This document shows positions 1 through 12,825 of a stretch of 64,000 bases of DNA, piece after piece. Each line of letters begins with the position of its first letter. Positions within the stretch are counted from its first letter, which is position 1. The translations under genes were made by a program, and so were the position numbers. The stretch comes from Phoronis australis (Eukaryota > Animalia > Phoronida): positions 248,001 through 312,000 of the forward strand of contig NMRA01000272.1 in NCBI GenBank assembly GCA_002633005.1, read 5' to 3'. The notes beneath the pieces are model-generated. The model was not told the DNA's origin. It did not search any database and saw nothing but the letters and a program-made list of their open reading frames with translations.

Positions 1-3000
1 CTGAAGGCATTGTGCAGTTGAATAGTGAAAAATGTCTTTTTAATCGCTGTGGTATATCATTTCGTCCACCACCAGGTTGTATCATGGCTGCCACAATTTG
101 AACGTCAACGATATTCATAAAGTCTCCTGGCCTTCGTAAATTGTAGAAACCGTTATCTTCAATTGTTTGGCGTAACAGTTCGTTTGTTATCTGGTCTCCG
201 TTCTCGTCTATAGCCGGCATGCTGAGGTCATCAACAAATAAGACGAGCTTACGGGAACCTGGTGGTCCGTAGGTATTACCAATTCGTTTTTCGACATAAT
301 TTTCAAATGCTTGCTGTAATGCTGTCGGCGTTGTTGCGGCTGAAAAGTTGATACATTTATGCATATGTCTTCCAGGACTAAGAGTTTTCAGATAATTGTG
401 AATTGTTACAGACTTGGCCGTCCCTTGTTCACCAATTAGGAGAACTGGCTTGTCTTGTTTGTTGAGTGTTTTTACCAGGAATGTCGTTCGAGTACTATCC
501 ATGTTAGGAACAATAATAGATGAGAATTCTGGAGTGCGATCTTTTGGATATACGTACGCGCTTACGTACATTGACCAATGTTCCCATTCGCCCTTACTAC
601 CAACGAAATAGTCAAAAAATGACTTTGTAGCTGAAGGTAGGTGGATAACATCCCTAAACGTTTCCATGCATTCTTGTAACTTTGCTCTGTCGTCGTGATC
701 CAGCAAAGCACCCAGGCTCCACATCAAGCTAAATGTAAACAATTTTTCCAGATGCAATTTTGTCCTTATTTGATAATATCGGTACTGAGGAATGAGCCCC
801 TGAAGCAGATTACATGCCTGAACAATATAATTACACTGCATTACAGGCATTTTAGTATGTAGGTAGTGGGTGACGTAGTCGTACATTTCTCCAAAAACCT
901 TTTCGAACAAGTCAGAGAATACCGATACCTCGCGTTGGTTTCTTGTTTTCAACCAACCTTTCAAAATTGGTTTCCAGTCTAGCACAGTAGACCCCATGTA
1001 AACCATACCGCATCGGGATACTGTAGCCGGCGAAGCATTACCTATGTTCTGTACCTCAAAAAGGACTTTTGAGTTTGGATCCATGGGAAGTCGGTCACCA
1101 TTTGCAAGAGTCAGTCTTTTGTTATCGTCAAGGACGGAATTCAAATTTTCAATCCACGTAGAATCGACTGGGCCGTCAATGGTAATCCACCACGTGTGAT
1201 TAGGTTTTTTCAGTTTCAAACAGCGCCTCCAAACAGTGGAAAATACTCCATCTGACCAATCATTAGTTATTACATCCAAGTAACCAAACAACTGGCATGT
1301 TGATATAGACTTTGGATTCATCCGGATATTTTTATGAGGTTGCCCGATATCTGATAACGATTTCGCCAGAGTTTCTATACAGCACGATTTTCCGGAACCA
1401 CTCGGACCCAGTATCATAATACCGTGACGGACGTTAGAGGTTTCATACAGTTGAATTATTTTCATGTGCCATGGCTTATGATTTATCAGATTAGATTCCT
1501 CAACATTCTTTGCAATCGCAGATGACAACAAAGGATAGGATTGACTGTCATGACGATGTTCAGGAAACAAGTTGTCAAGTAGTAATAAGAACAATGGCTC
1601 GTCATCGTCTGTCATCTTTGATAAATTTATGGTTCGCAAAGTTTCAAAAACTATTTCACTCTCTATCTTGTCTGGAAATGCTATCTTCTTTGATGCCAGT
1701 GTGCGCAAAACGGACAAAACGTTCCTTAGTCCGAAATCATAGTGAATTTGCTTAGATAATTGCTCTTCACACACTTTATACAAAGTGTCGAATTTCTGTG
1801 CTAAGTGCTCATTTTCCAAGTAACCACAACTTGCAAGCTTGACTCTAATGATTATTTGCCTATCGGGCACCATCATTGCTGTCGTTCTGAACTGCTCCTT
1901 CAAGTTTTGTGGCAGAACGTATCTACCGACGTATCCTGGATTCATTGTCGTGAAGATGCCACATCGATGGTTTAATGGCAGCATATTCCCATCTATAAAC
2001 TCGAATTCACATTTCCGTTCTTTCAGTGCCGAGAATATACTATACACCTGGCCGGCTGCTGCAGACAAAACTTCCACCTTGATTCTGTTGAATTCATCAA
2101 AGCAAACCCAGGATCCTGACATTGCAGCCCCTTTAAATATTTTGCCAAGACCTCTAAATTCCATCTGATTCGAACAATTAAATATTACGACGTAGGTTCC
2201 CGCTGACTTGCCTATGTCTTTAACTGTTTCGGTTTTTCCTGTCCCTGCGGGACCCTCAGGGGCCGCACCTAAAAACATTTTTAGAGCTTGAGCAATTGTT
2301 ATATAACATCTGTCAGTCAATGGAGTTATTACCAGTCTGTCAAGGCAACCCAGAAACTCGTCTTGGTAAACAAAGTAAGCGTCAGTTATTCCCATAAGAC
2401 AATTATTTGTGTCCTCTTTGAAGTAAAAGCGCCTTCTTTTTTGCCATTCAAAGTCCGAGACTGAACGCACCTCCAATTTAGCAATTTCCTCTGAAATGTC
2501 TCGCTGGTGGATGTGGATCGTAATGATGCTTTCCAATTTCTTTCTCTGAAGCTGTGGTATTTCATGCGACATAGTTTCTATTAGGTAATGAAGCATCTCG
2601 CCAAATTTGCGACACGTAGAATTTAGAATGCGCCTGTCATGTCGTGACTGGTCAATCGCCTCCTCGGTTCTCCTGGTCCAAATCAGTTGGAGGACTATTG
2701 TTCCTACTTGTGTTAAATTTTCCTGTATACATTCGTAAACTTCTGTCACATTGTCTACAGTTAAGTCGTAATACGTTTCTGCTATTAGTTTGTGTAAAGA
2801 TTTTCTTTGGTTCATAAGCAGGTCACCTAACCATATTTCCACATTACCCCTTGCGCTGACACACCCTGATGTTATTGGCAGAGCTTCGCCTTCCCTGGAT
2901 ACGATATCTGTTATACGACCGCTGGTATTATTGTCTTTAAACATTATAAAAGAGACATTTGTAAAAAGACTACCAATGTGTTGCTCGATGGTTTTGGGTT

Positions 3001-6000
3001 CACTGGCATGTCCCAAGATTTCCAATAAAACTGGATCGGATATAAAGAAGAATCTGGGAAAAATCATACGCTTTGCCTCTAGATAACTGTTCAAAGATTT
3101 TTGACATATTTCGAGTTGCTCAAGCATGTGGGGCAACAGTTCCGCTACAGTATCATCGAACACACAACAAGTAATCACCGACCGAACTTCGTGTGCCCGC
3201 TGCATAATTTTCACCCACGAAGTATCGACACCCTTAAATCGCTTTGTTTCCTGGGGCAGCTTTTTTGCAATGTCCCGATTTGAAAATATTTCCTCTAGAT
3301 ATATCCAACTGGTTTGAACATGGATCCAATCTTCTATGATGTCGAGTGCAGTTGACAAATTATTTGAACACTCTTGGATTTGCTTCCGAAATGGAACATT
3401 ATATCTATTGTTCATCAGGGAGCCAAGATTTACAACACTGTCTTCTAGATTGGCTATAAGCTCTGATGTTTCAGCTGCCTTTAGAATTATTTCTCCTCGT
3501 TGTTTAAAACTTGCAAATCGAAGGGTCTGATTTAACCAAAAGTCCGTAATACTTTTGAGTTTATCTTCAATGTCTTGCTCTTTTGATGCCGATATACATA
3601 TTTCTTCAACGTGTTCCTTATAATCCACCAAGTTTAGAGTTAATATGTCCCGTAAACAGAATGTGTCTAAATTTATGTCTTGTTGGGAGTCACATATGGT
3701 ACTTATTCGATCCCAATGACGTGACATTAAGTTTGAAGAAACTATGAGCTGCAGTACTGGACAGTTTTCAAAAAACAGGTCGATTTCTTTTTTCAGGTGT
3801 AAATAAGTATTCCACTCTGTTACAAGTTGGTGCTGGTTGTCACACGTTGTTTTAAGCTGCAAAACTTCTTTTGTTACCAATTGGATATCGGTTTCTGTCC
3901 ATGGAATTTCAGCGTATTTATTCATGACTGCCGTCGCACGGTCGTAAAACTTGTGCAATTGTCGTAAAAGAGACAGCTCCTTTTTCATCTTCTTAAATTC
4001 TGGATACGGCGTGACGGGTAAGCCAAACAACTGCTCACCGGCAACGTTTTTCTCATAAATTTGATACAGTTCGTCAAAACCATTTTGAAAGACGTTCAAC
4101 ATATCTCCTCCTTGCTGAGGAGTCACGCCTTCTGCCAGTGGTCCATTTTCGTGATAATCGTCAACGAAAGTGTTCACTCGCTCGGTAAATCTTTCTATTG
4201 ATTCAACAAGTTTCGTCTGCAAACTCGTTTGAATTGAACACAGCTTATTTTGAATAGACGCAGCGACTGCTTTGAGCTTCGAAAAATTATAACGAAGGCT
4301 GTCTACTTGATTGATTTCCTCAGACGTGAGTTTCATGCCGTAGGTTGTAAGAATGGCATAAGTTTCCTCTAATGGCCTCAACATTAGGTCGACATTGACC
4401 TCTCGTTGACGAATTTCCTCTAGCGCAACCATGGCTCCTTGGACTTCATCAAGCGTTCGAATCGGCCTCATAAAATACTTCACTTTTTCGTCAATAAATT
4501 GCGTTATTTCCTCCGCCACTGGTCGATACTCTTTGTACAGATGAGTGTAGTATGCAGCTTGCCAATCCCGAATTTCTCCTTCCATTATCTTTTTCAACTT
4601 AGTTGTGTGCAAGGAAATGGGCCCCACAATTATTTCCTGTGGTAAACTTTCAATCTCGGTCAGAAGGTCATCGTATTCGATAATTCGTTGCTTGAAGTCC
4701 CCATAAACGGGCCCAGTGTTTAAAAATTCCTTCATTGCTAACTCACGATCGTCGCACCACAAGTGCTGATACTTCGTAAACTCTTCCAGTGCTTTGGAGA
4801 TACTTTCATTGAATCTGGTGACCGATGAACCCAGCATGAGATATATCTTGTGGACGTCTTTTTGCTCTATGACTATTTTGAAATAGTTCTTTAGTGTTTC
4901 TGGCGAAATTTCGTGACAGATTGAAATTACTGATGGGGTTGCTTGGTTTGTGTTGTAAGTGGTTTCAGATAAAAATGAAAATCTCTCTTGGCCCCACAAC
5001 GCAATGCCTTTGCATGTGTCGGCAATAATCTTTGACAGGTTTGCAACTGTTTGTTGTATGTCCTTCATTGTTGGCGAAATGGCGAGGTTTGCATTCTCGA
5101 TAACTATGTCTACAGTGAATACAGGTAAACTAAGAAATTCAACGTCTTCTTTCGGTGCCCTCAATAAGCTTGCAAAAGTTATGCGTTTTCTAAGGATGTC
5201 AAGAGACGTCTTAACAGCTCGCGTGAGAGCGTTCGTCAGTTTCTGATTTACGATAACGTAGACTCTGTAACTACCTTCCCACAGCACTAAGTGTTTGGGA
5301 TCCAAATCGTTTATGTTGGTATTTACCAACCAGTCATAGCCTTGGATGTCGCGGATTCCGCATTGCTCTGCAAATAGTCCAATCAGCCTGCTCACAGCTT
5401 CCTCGATCTGTCGACTTTTCCCATCCAGTATTTTGCTTGAGTATACACAGTGTTCAGTGGCGTTATGGATTACCTGTTCCACAGTCCATGTTCCGTTCTC
5501 TGGCAGGTTGTACAAAGCCCAGTTCGAAACTTCCTCTATAACATCGTCAATTTGATGGGCTTTGATGCCTTTTACTTGTTCTACAAACTGTTCAAATTCG
5601 TTGATTTGATAGTCGATATTCGTAATAAACTGTGGTAGGTCAACCGAAACCCATGTAAGATCTAAAATGCCAGACCGAAGAACAGAGTTCATTTGCTCCA
5701 CGTATTCTTGTATTATCTCAAAGAAGATGGATGGGACAGTACATATTATTGCTTCGAACTTGCTGAGAAGCAGTTCAATTTTGTGATGATTTTCTTTCAG
5801 AGCATCCTGTTTGTAGTGAAGAAATTTTGCGGCATGCGGAATATCTAATCCCATTTTTAGCATAATATCGGTCTCTCGCATTGCTTCGTTCAAATAAGTA
5901 TCGAAATTAACTACAATTTCACCTGTTTCATCACATATCTTAAAGACTGGTTTTCTAAGGGCGTCGCTGATGGCTTCTAATGACGTCGCCCATGTCCTGT

Positions 6001-8829
6001 GACATGTCAGTTCGAATTCTAACAAATCAGACGCCGTCTTGTTGAATTTCTTTATTACGGACTTGCCTTCGTCGCTTGTCATCAGCATTGTATGGGTGGC
6101 TAAAATGTCCATTGTTTCTCTTATATTTCGGTACATCAGTCTTGCCCAACTTATTTTCCCTGCCACGGGTGGCATGTCTCGAGCCACAGGGACATCGTCT
6201 TTGTATTTGCGATATTCTTTGAGGGTACGCGCAAGTTCTTCGCCAAACAGATGCAGAACGTATCCATAGTTATCATCAAACATTACGCCAGGTAGTTTTA
6301 GCTGCTCAAACAATTTAAGACGTTTCAATGCTCCTTTGCAATTTCTTATTTGCTGTACAGTTTCATTGATGTGCTTTTTGATGTCTCTTTTCAGACTGTC
6401 AATGCCAGTTTCAAAATTCTCAAAGTCATCTTCAAACTCTTGTTTTTTATAGTCTAGCGGATCGTACGTAGCTTGTGTTATGTTTTTTATCAACGCTTGT
6501 AGACAGTCGCTACTATCGCCGAGTCCTTCTATATGTGAAACCATCATTGGAGAAAATTGGTCGATAGTTTCTAACAGGATCTTGATTTTTTCAAGACGTT
6601 TATAAAAGGCGTCCAATTTTCCGAATATATTCCTTTCAGAAAAGCATTGCTCTGTCCCGCGAATTTCAATATTCTTTTGCTTCACTCGCTGCAGGGAAAT
6701 TTTGTAGTCCTGGTTCAAAGTGTTGCAGGTTTTCAGTTTTTCCATCACCACTTTCCTGTTCTGCTCCCATACTGTAGCGCTTCCGTGATTTGTAATGTAG
6801 GATTTGCACGAAAGAACAGCCTGATTTGTAACTTTCATGAAGAACGATGTCATTCGCTCAGACGTATTATAAAATCGAGAAGTGCCTTGAATCATGTTGA
6901 CTGCATTTACTAAAAATGGAATACTTTTGTCAATTGCAACAGGATCACCTTTGTACATTGGATAGAAGAATCGTTCTATTGTGTACAAGTATTTCACGTT
7001 ATCCTTCGCTTCGGTCGCAGCCTGCATTACCTTTGATTCAAGTTCTTGCCATTTCTTTAGGACTTTTGACTTAGCCATACGGAGGATAGATACCGCCATC
7101 TTACTATCATGGCCTTTAACTTGACTAAGCACTGCGTTAAAGGAGGCGGTTAAGTTGCGCCAATGCTCCAGTTCGGCTAGCGGTCCTGTTGTATCTGCTT
7201 CTTTTCGCATGCGTAAACTTGCCCCCAACAAAGTTTCCAGTTGTTTGCACCACGTTAGGACCAACTTCTCCACATTAACTAGTTGATCTGAACACGCTGC
7301 TATATGGGCACAGTCGGCTGCCGTTTGACAAAGATCTAAATTTAGTGTCGAACTTTCCTTTAAATAAACTACGTTGTCAACACTGGTCTGCGTTGAACGC
7401 AAGTACAACAAAAATGAGTTGATGTCGTCCATTAAATGTTGCTGCGTTGCTCCACCATTAATCTGCGACCCTTTCACGTTAATAACCCAAGTCTTTGAGG
7501 CTTGAAGTGCAGGCTGCATTACGGTGGAAATTAAACTGCTTATACCTGCCAACAACCCTTTGGAAGCATCTATTACTCCGAAAGTAGTTTGCTCTGAAAT
7601 GTTGGTTAAGTTTAATTCCAAATCAACAGATTTTCGAAAAACGAAAAGCGCTTCCCCAGACAGTGCTACGGGATTTTGAGGTAGCGTTATGAATAGTTTC
7701 TTATTTGCAGATTTCTTTTTTGACGCCATGAAACTGGTCCTTGCTTGATTCAACTTGTCTTCAACTTCCTGGTAAAAGAGCAGCAGCAATTTGGAACCAT
7801 GACACTTGCAGAAGTTCACCAACAAAGATATCTGTTCTTCGGAATCGATGATGAAGTCAATGATGGCACTGATGTCAAATCCCAAGTACACTGCCACGTA
7901 CTCTAATACCGCTTCGTGAACTGGTGTTATTTTTGCTCTCCTGAAGTCTTTCAATTCCTTCTTCTGAAAAAGGTTATTCGTCCAATGAGAATGACGTCAT
8001 TGTCTGATTAGGGAAGTGACGCCTTTAATGTTAACAAATGATAAATAAATAAAATCATGCGGACATAACAAATAACAAAAGTTAATGGTTAAGTGACAAA
8101 ACAACGTTGAGCTTCCATCAAGCTGAATGTAATAAAGTAGAAAGGCACGGTTCTGGGAAGCCAATCGTCTTGCCTAACGAACCGCGTAACGTGCCTTCCC
8201 ATCAGCGCAATAGCGCAATTCCTTTTCTTACGAGTTGTGGGCTAATTCTTTTCTCACCAACAGCTATTCAGTTGTTTCTCATTGACTATTTCTTTTTGTC
8301 ATGAACGGGCGTGCGTACTTTTCTTCAGGATAATTATCATTTCATGATATGTAACACACTCCACGGTTTGAGGGCGACTAAATTTATTTGTTAACAAAAC
8401 TAAGACCGGTGCATAATGCAGTTTAGAAAGATGTAAATTTGTACAAATATTCTTGAAAATAGCACAGCGAATCGTATGAAGTTGGCATTGTGTTTCTCCA
8501 TCGAACCAGATTTCGTTGGAAGCTACAACGTATCGGAAGAGGACACCAAGTAAAAACACCGAGTTTATAACAGGTGCAAAATATAACGAGTTCCATGTCA
8601 AACATTAAAATTTCTCATGATTTTCGTCGCCTACATTGTCGCTTCCAAAGATCGTATCGTGTGCGCTATGCTTTACCTGTCTTTCCTTCAAGTGAATGGT
8701 TTCAAATGCTGACGCATTCACGATGCTGCGTTTCACAATTTGTCGGAATTTAGGATTGGCCGAATTCGATCTGTTATTTTCACTGGAGATATTGTTGGCC
8801 TTTCTACCGCTGGATATCATGCGTGGCAT
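1..8829 (-). CDS. DNAH5: Axonemal dynein heavy chain, outer-arm gamma type (DNAH5/DNAH8-like); 5' part only, 2 exons in window (8829-8677 and 7963-<1)
   Basis: Manual minus-strand translation: AAA1 Walker A GPAGTGKTETVKD (~2254) and Walker B CFDEFNR; AAA2 RHGIMILGPSGSGKS (~1400); AAA3 VLLIGEQGTAKS (~433, the GEQGTAK form typical of DNAH5/8) and LFVDDLSMP. The exon 2 start, AAA1 and AAA3 codons all fall in one frame (codon start = 1 mod 3). Exon 1 ATG 8829, donor CAG|GTAAAG at 8677, acceptor TTTTTCAG|AAG at 7963, phase 0 join giving HLKERQ|KKELKDFRRAK. The track lists no minus-strand ORF in 1-8000, consistent with no stop before the edge. DNAH5 vs DNAH8 orthology unresolved. Confidence 0.93.
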
Positions 8830-9612
8830 GGTGAATGTTGAAGGCCAACGCGTCCCGCTTCAAAACCTATCAAGAATAACCAAAGACTTTAACCATGTCT
8901 TCACTATACATTTATATCTGCAGATCATGACCTGTTCATTGGTTAGGCATCCGACTGTCTCTATCACCAGGGGGCGAGACTTTCTCATTCACAAGACGTA
9001 TGGAGATGGTAGCGGATGACGACGAGTCTTAGACCAATCCGACTACATTTGTCCCACCTATTGCCTTTGTATCGTTGGAGTTCATTGATGGATTTGTCTA
9101 AAGTTAGATAGGTTACTATATAAGAGGGCTACTATGCCTTTCCATTTGCTGACGTATTCGTCGGATTCTCTGCCACTTAGTGGCCATTTTTATAATTTTG
9201 AATTCGATTTTTAGCGTCCTCCTGTATATCGGCCAAACTGCTCAAAGTTATTATGAATCGTAACCGTTGTGTTTCTGATAAAAAGACTATGGCTGACGTT
9301 GATTTTCGGACGAGTCTGACCCAGGGGGCGTCCTATAGTAGTGGTGATTTTCAATTTTGCGACATGACTGCAGCTGCTGATTCCTTTGCATGATGGTTGT
9401 GAACTTCTGCAGGTGTGTTTATAAATGAGACAATGGATGTCGAATAACATTTTGGACGGCTCTAACTACCGCTGTGTACCCTAGAAGTATTTTTTACCCT
9501 TATCTCTCTGTTGTAAGAGTTTCTCGATGTTTTTTCATGTTAATGTCTCAGCGGATCCTTATGAGAATTGACAGACGTGTTCCTACTGACATTAGCACGA
9601 CCGGTGTAGATT

Positions 9613-11241
9613 TTAAAGGAGCATGCCACCCAAAAAACAACCCATTTTGTATCAATTTAGATCGAGTAGTTCTACTCGATAACGGCACGTTCGGTTGCGT
9701 TACCTGCATGACATCTGACGGCAGACGGAGGTGTTGAAATTGTTCAATGACGTAATTGGTTTCACACGCAGTCTGTTCAGCAATTCACAACACGTGTTAC
9801 TGGTGTCAGGTTATCGCTTGAATTCATCAATAAATCATCAAACTTCGATGTAAAACCCTTAAAAATACACCGAGTTCTTGTTGTTTTATTTCGCTGTTAC
9901 GGATTCATAGGTATTTGGACACACCGTAGCCTACAAAGTTCGGCAGGCCAATTCACCAACAAGCAGGAGTTTGAGTTCTGTTCGGAGATAAATTCGAAAT
10001 ATTGTTCAGTGAAATACAGGCATGAGAACCTACAACTGTGTTGTTTAGACTTATGAATTTTTGAGTTCTAAACACACAAAACGCCTATTATCCCGGCCAG
10101 TGGCTCGGATCCCGATCAGGCCCGTCGCGGCCGCCGGGACTGGCACGAACATAAACCAGCTTGAGTTTAAAACTAAACCGCCAGTCAGGAAAAGACTATA
10201 ATAGCGAGCCAAAGAAATAATGGAAACTACTGCCACGAAACTGAAAATCTACTTACTTGTCGGGGGCCGCGAAGTCGGGCTCCCCGTCCACAGACCGTCC
10301 GAGGCAAAGGTTGTACAGTAACTATGACTTGAATAATGTATTTGTATTTCTAAATAAAGATTCCCCTAACATGTGACCATAGCATACAAAATCGAGTAAT
10401 TGTTTCACAACAGTTTTCTGTCAGCAAACACTGAATTAGCATGCGCTCACATGGCCTTGGTGCCCGGTGAATTACCTTTGTTGCCGGCACCAAAAGCCTA
10501 CAACGCAGTGGTTTATTCATTGCTGGCTTCTCAACATTTGATCTCGCGAACTGCAAAGGCATTACAAATTGTATCTAATTAGACAGACTTTGTTTCAGTT
10601 TTATATAAGCATTGGTTAGGGTGAGAATAATTCATTTTGAAACAGAACGCAAAATAATACTAACGTCTACATGGCAACGTGCCCGGCGCCAATCCCGACT
10701 TAGTCAAGAGTTCATCCGACGAAGACTTCACGGATCGGATCGTTAGGTTACACAGGCCATCAATTCGAACCGGAATACACTGATTAAGAAATACTAGAGA
10801 GGTGCCGTGAACATGCACAGGCAACGGAACGTATGGATAGTTCTTTGGTAAGCCGGCCGGGAATTCGTCAGAGAAGTCACTGTCGACCAATTGCCGGCCA
10901 CAGACTCGGAGGTATTTCATGGCCTCATACTTGCTATTAACAGCGTACCTTTCATTCTTCACTACCACGACCCATTTCGGGCTCTCGAGGAAGTCGAAAA
11001 AACGATATACCCGCTTTCTGTGCAGCTTCATAGTTCGGACATGCGGGAACGATGCACCACGATATAGCGGCATTCACTCTGCAGACGAACCACTGACGTC
11101 GCTTCGTCGTTTCTCACCTTCCTCACAGGTTAACGCGACACCTCTCGGCAAGGTGAGGTCGACCGTATAAGAGGCGATGTGTATATAGACCGATTAAGAC
11201 GGTAAAAAAGACTAATTAAATCGGGTGCCATTCTCCTTCAA
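9613..11241 (-). mobile_element. Internally deleted Kolobok-like DNA transposon with decayed THAP domain
   Basis: TTAA (9613-9616) + AGGAGCATGCCACCC (9617-9631) and GGGTGCCATTCTCCT (11223-11237) + TCAA; TIRs match 13/15. The minus strand near the right end reads, across a frameshift, WCIVPACPNYEAAQKAGISFFRLPREP / KWVVVVKNER...LRVCGRQLVDSDF, a THAP (C2CH) signature. TTAA TSD, purine-purine termini and an N-terminal THAP domain are Kolobok hallmarks. Confidence 0.65.
10870..11073 (-). pseudogene. Frameshifted THAP zinc-finger domain (transposase N-terminus relic)
   Basis: CxxxxC at 11056-11039, SFFRLP, conserved W, then RVC (10902-10900) followed by GRQL in place of xxHF and DSDF; split over two frames. 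The 137-aa track ORF 10660-11073 carries only the second half. Confidence 0.65.
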
Positions 11242-12394
11242 GATGGGTTCAACTACTGTGTTGCCCCCTTGAGACATTATTTTCGTTATGGCTGTATCTT
11301 ATTATACCTGTGACAAAATCACAATTTGGCAAGTCAATTCCTATTAACTTTACACCAGATTGACGGATTCGACTACCGCTGTGCTCCCTAAAAGCAATTT
11401 GTTTTTCTAACGTCTGCCTCTGTATCTTTGGAGTTCCGTGACGTATTTTTGTGAAATTTGACTGTAGTTTTGTATTAGAGAAACGTCGATGCCTTCCTAA
11501 TCTCGGACAGGCCGGGTTTGGCGAGCCACCCAATGACCATATACACCACTAGCACACCGTTTGCGTTGCAATCGTGGGCGCATTTCAGGACTCCGCGTTA
11601 CTACTGTTAGGAATTCGATTCATTTTTATCAAATCAATTCATTTTTTCTCAAAATATCAGATGTTATTTAGTGTTGGAACGTGGTAAACAGACTAAATTG
11701 CAATATTGAAAGTGGTTCTCTGCCACTGAAACAAAATTCAACCTGCTCACCAGGTATTTTTAGGGTTTGTTCTTAAAGATTTTTAATTTCTCTTCATATC
11801 AAAGCATCTTTTAGTTTTAAATTGCAAGAAAACGATCTGCCAACTTCTCGCCACTGCGTCGATTTTTTCCCTCAAGGCGAAGCACGTCTCCATACTTGGT
11901 ATGGCAAGATATAGACGGAGCACATTTCTCTTATGTGGAAAATGTGACTGTTGACCTCAAGCGATTTCAAGCAACTGACTGTAAGCGCATGCGCGCATTT
12001 ACCAGAAGTGGAAAGGAGATTATAAACTCTGTGGTAAGCACAGAGTTTTTCCTTCCCGTGTATTTCAAAAATCATGAATTTTGTGTGACGTTTCTGGAAA
12101 TTTCCTCACAAGGAAAAGTGAATTACTGTGTATTAGACATTGCGAGATGGTACTTTCGCCAGGAATTGTATAAAAGATGTATGTTAATTTACGACTCGCA
12201 CCACATTTAGAATCAAAATAAAGATACGAAAAATGAACTAATCATTAGTGGTTACAATACAATAAGTCGTAACTCTTGACACTTACGGCGAAAATTGGAA
12301 CTAAGAATGGAATCAAAATGGTCTTTGGCGTATAGACATTAAAACCAGTCACTCCCGTATTACACTCGCCGCACCCTTATTATGGAGCTTATTA

Positions 12395-12438
12395 TTTACC
12401 GTCCAGGCGTGTATTTTAATACACGCCTGGACGGTAAA
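12395..12438. repeat. Perfect palindrome, 21-bp arms with 2-nt loop
   Basis: TTTACCGTCCAGGCGTGTATT-TT-AATACACGCCTGGACGGTAAA; the arms are exact reverse complements. Confidence 0.95.
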
Positions 12439-12459
12439 AGGGATAAAAATCCTGGACCC

Positions 12460-12825
12460 GGGCTCTACTAGTCTTTTTATCCATTCCAATCGAACTCGAA
12501 AATATATTAAGCATTTTCTGTTTTTTTTTTAGTACAAACTCAATATAATTAACTTATCATCTATATTATAGTATATTAAACGTTTTTACCCAAACCACTG
12601 CGTTGTCCATTCACACTTGATGACCCCTAGTTCGAGACTCGAACTCATACCTTTAATGCTGGGGTCATCAAGTGCAAAATAGGATTACACGGCCATGTAC
12701 ATATACTATAATATACAGGAGCACGAAATAATACACGGTTATCTTGAGTTCATACCAAAATAGAAAGGAAAAAATTAAAAGTAGTTTCGAGTTCCATTTC
12801 AAGTAAAAATATTGGACTGGCCCCT
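12460..12825. mobile_element. Degenerate fold-back (MITE-like) element centred near 12640
   Basis: Nested inverted pairs: CACTTGATGACCCC/GGGGTCATCAAGTG, TATATTATAGTATAT (12562-12576)/ATATACTATAATATA (12701-12715), AACTCAA/TTGAGTT, GAACTCGAAA/TTTCGAGTTC. Outer boundaries approximate. Confidence 0.55.

Noticed and set aside
414-6913. Many short plus-strand ORFs in the track
   Set aside because: Antisense shadows of the long minus-strand dynein frame; no recognisable motifs.
10317-10329. AGTAACTATGACT, matching 28S rRNA next to the R2 insertion site
   Set aside because: Only 13 nt, with no flanking rDNA similarity; likely chance.
10660-11073. 137-aa ORF as a novel orphan gene
   Set aside because: Better explained as the frameshifted THAP relic inside a TIR element.
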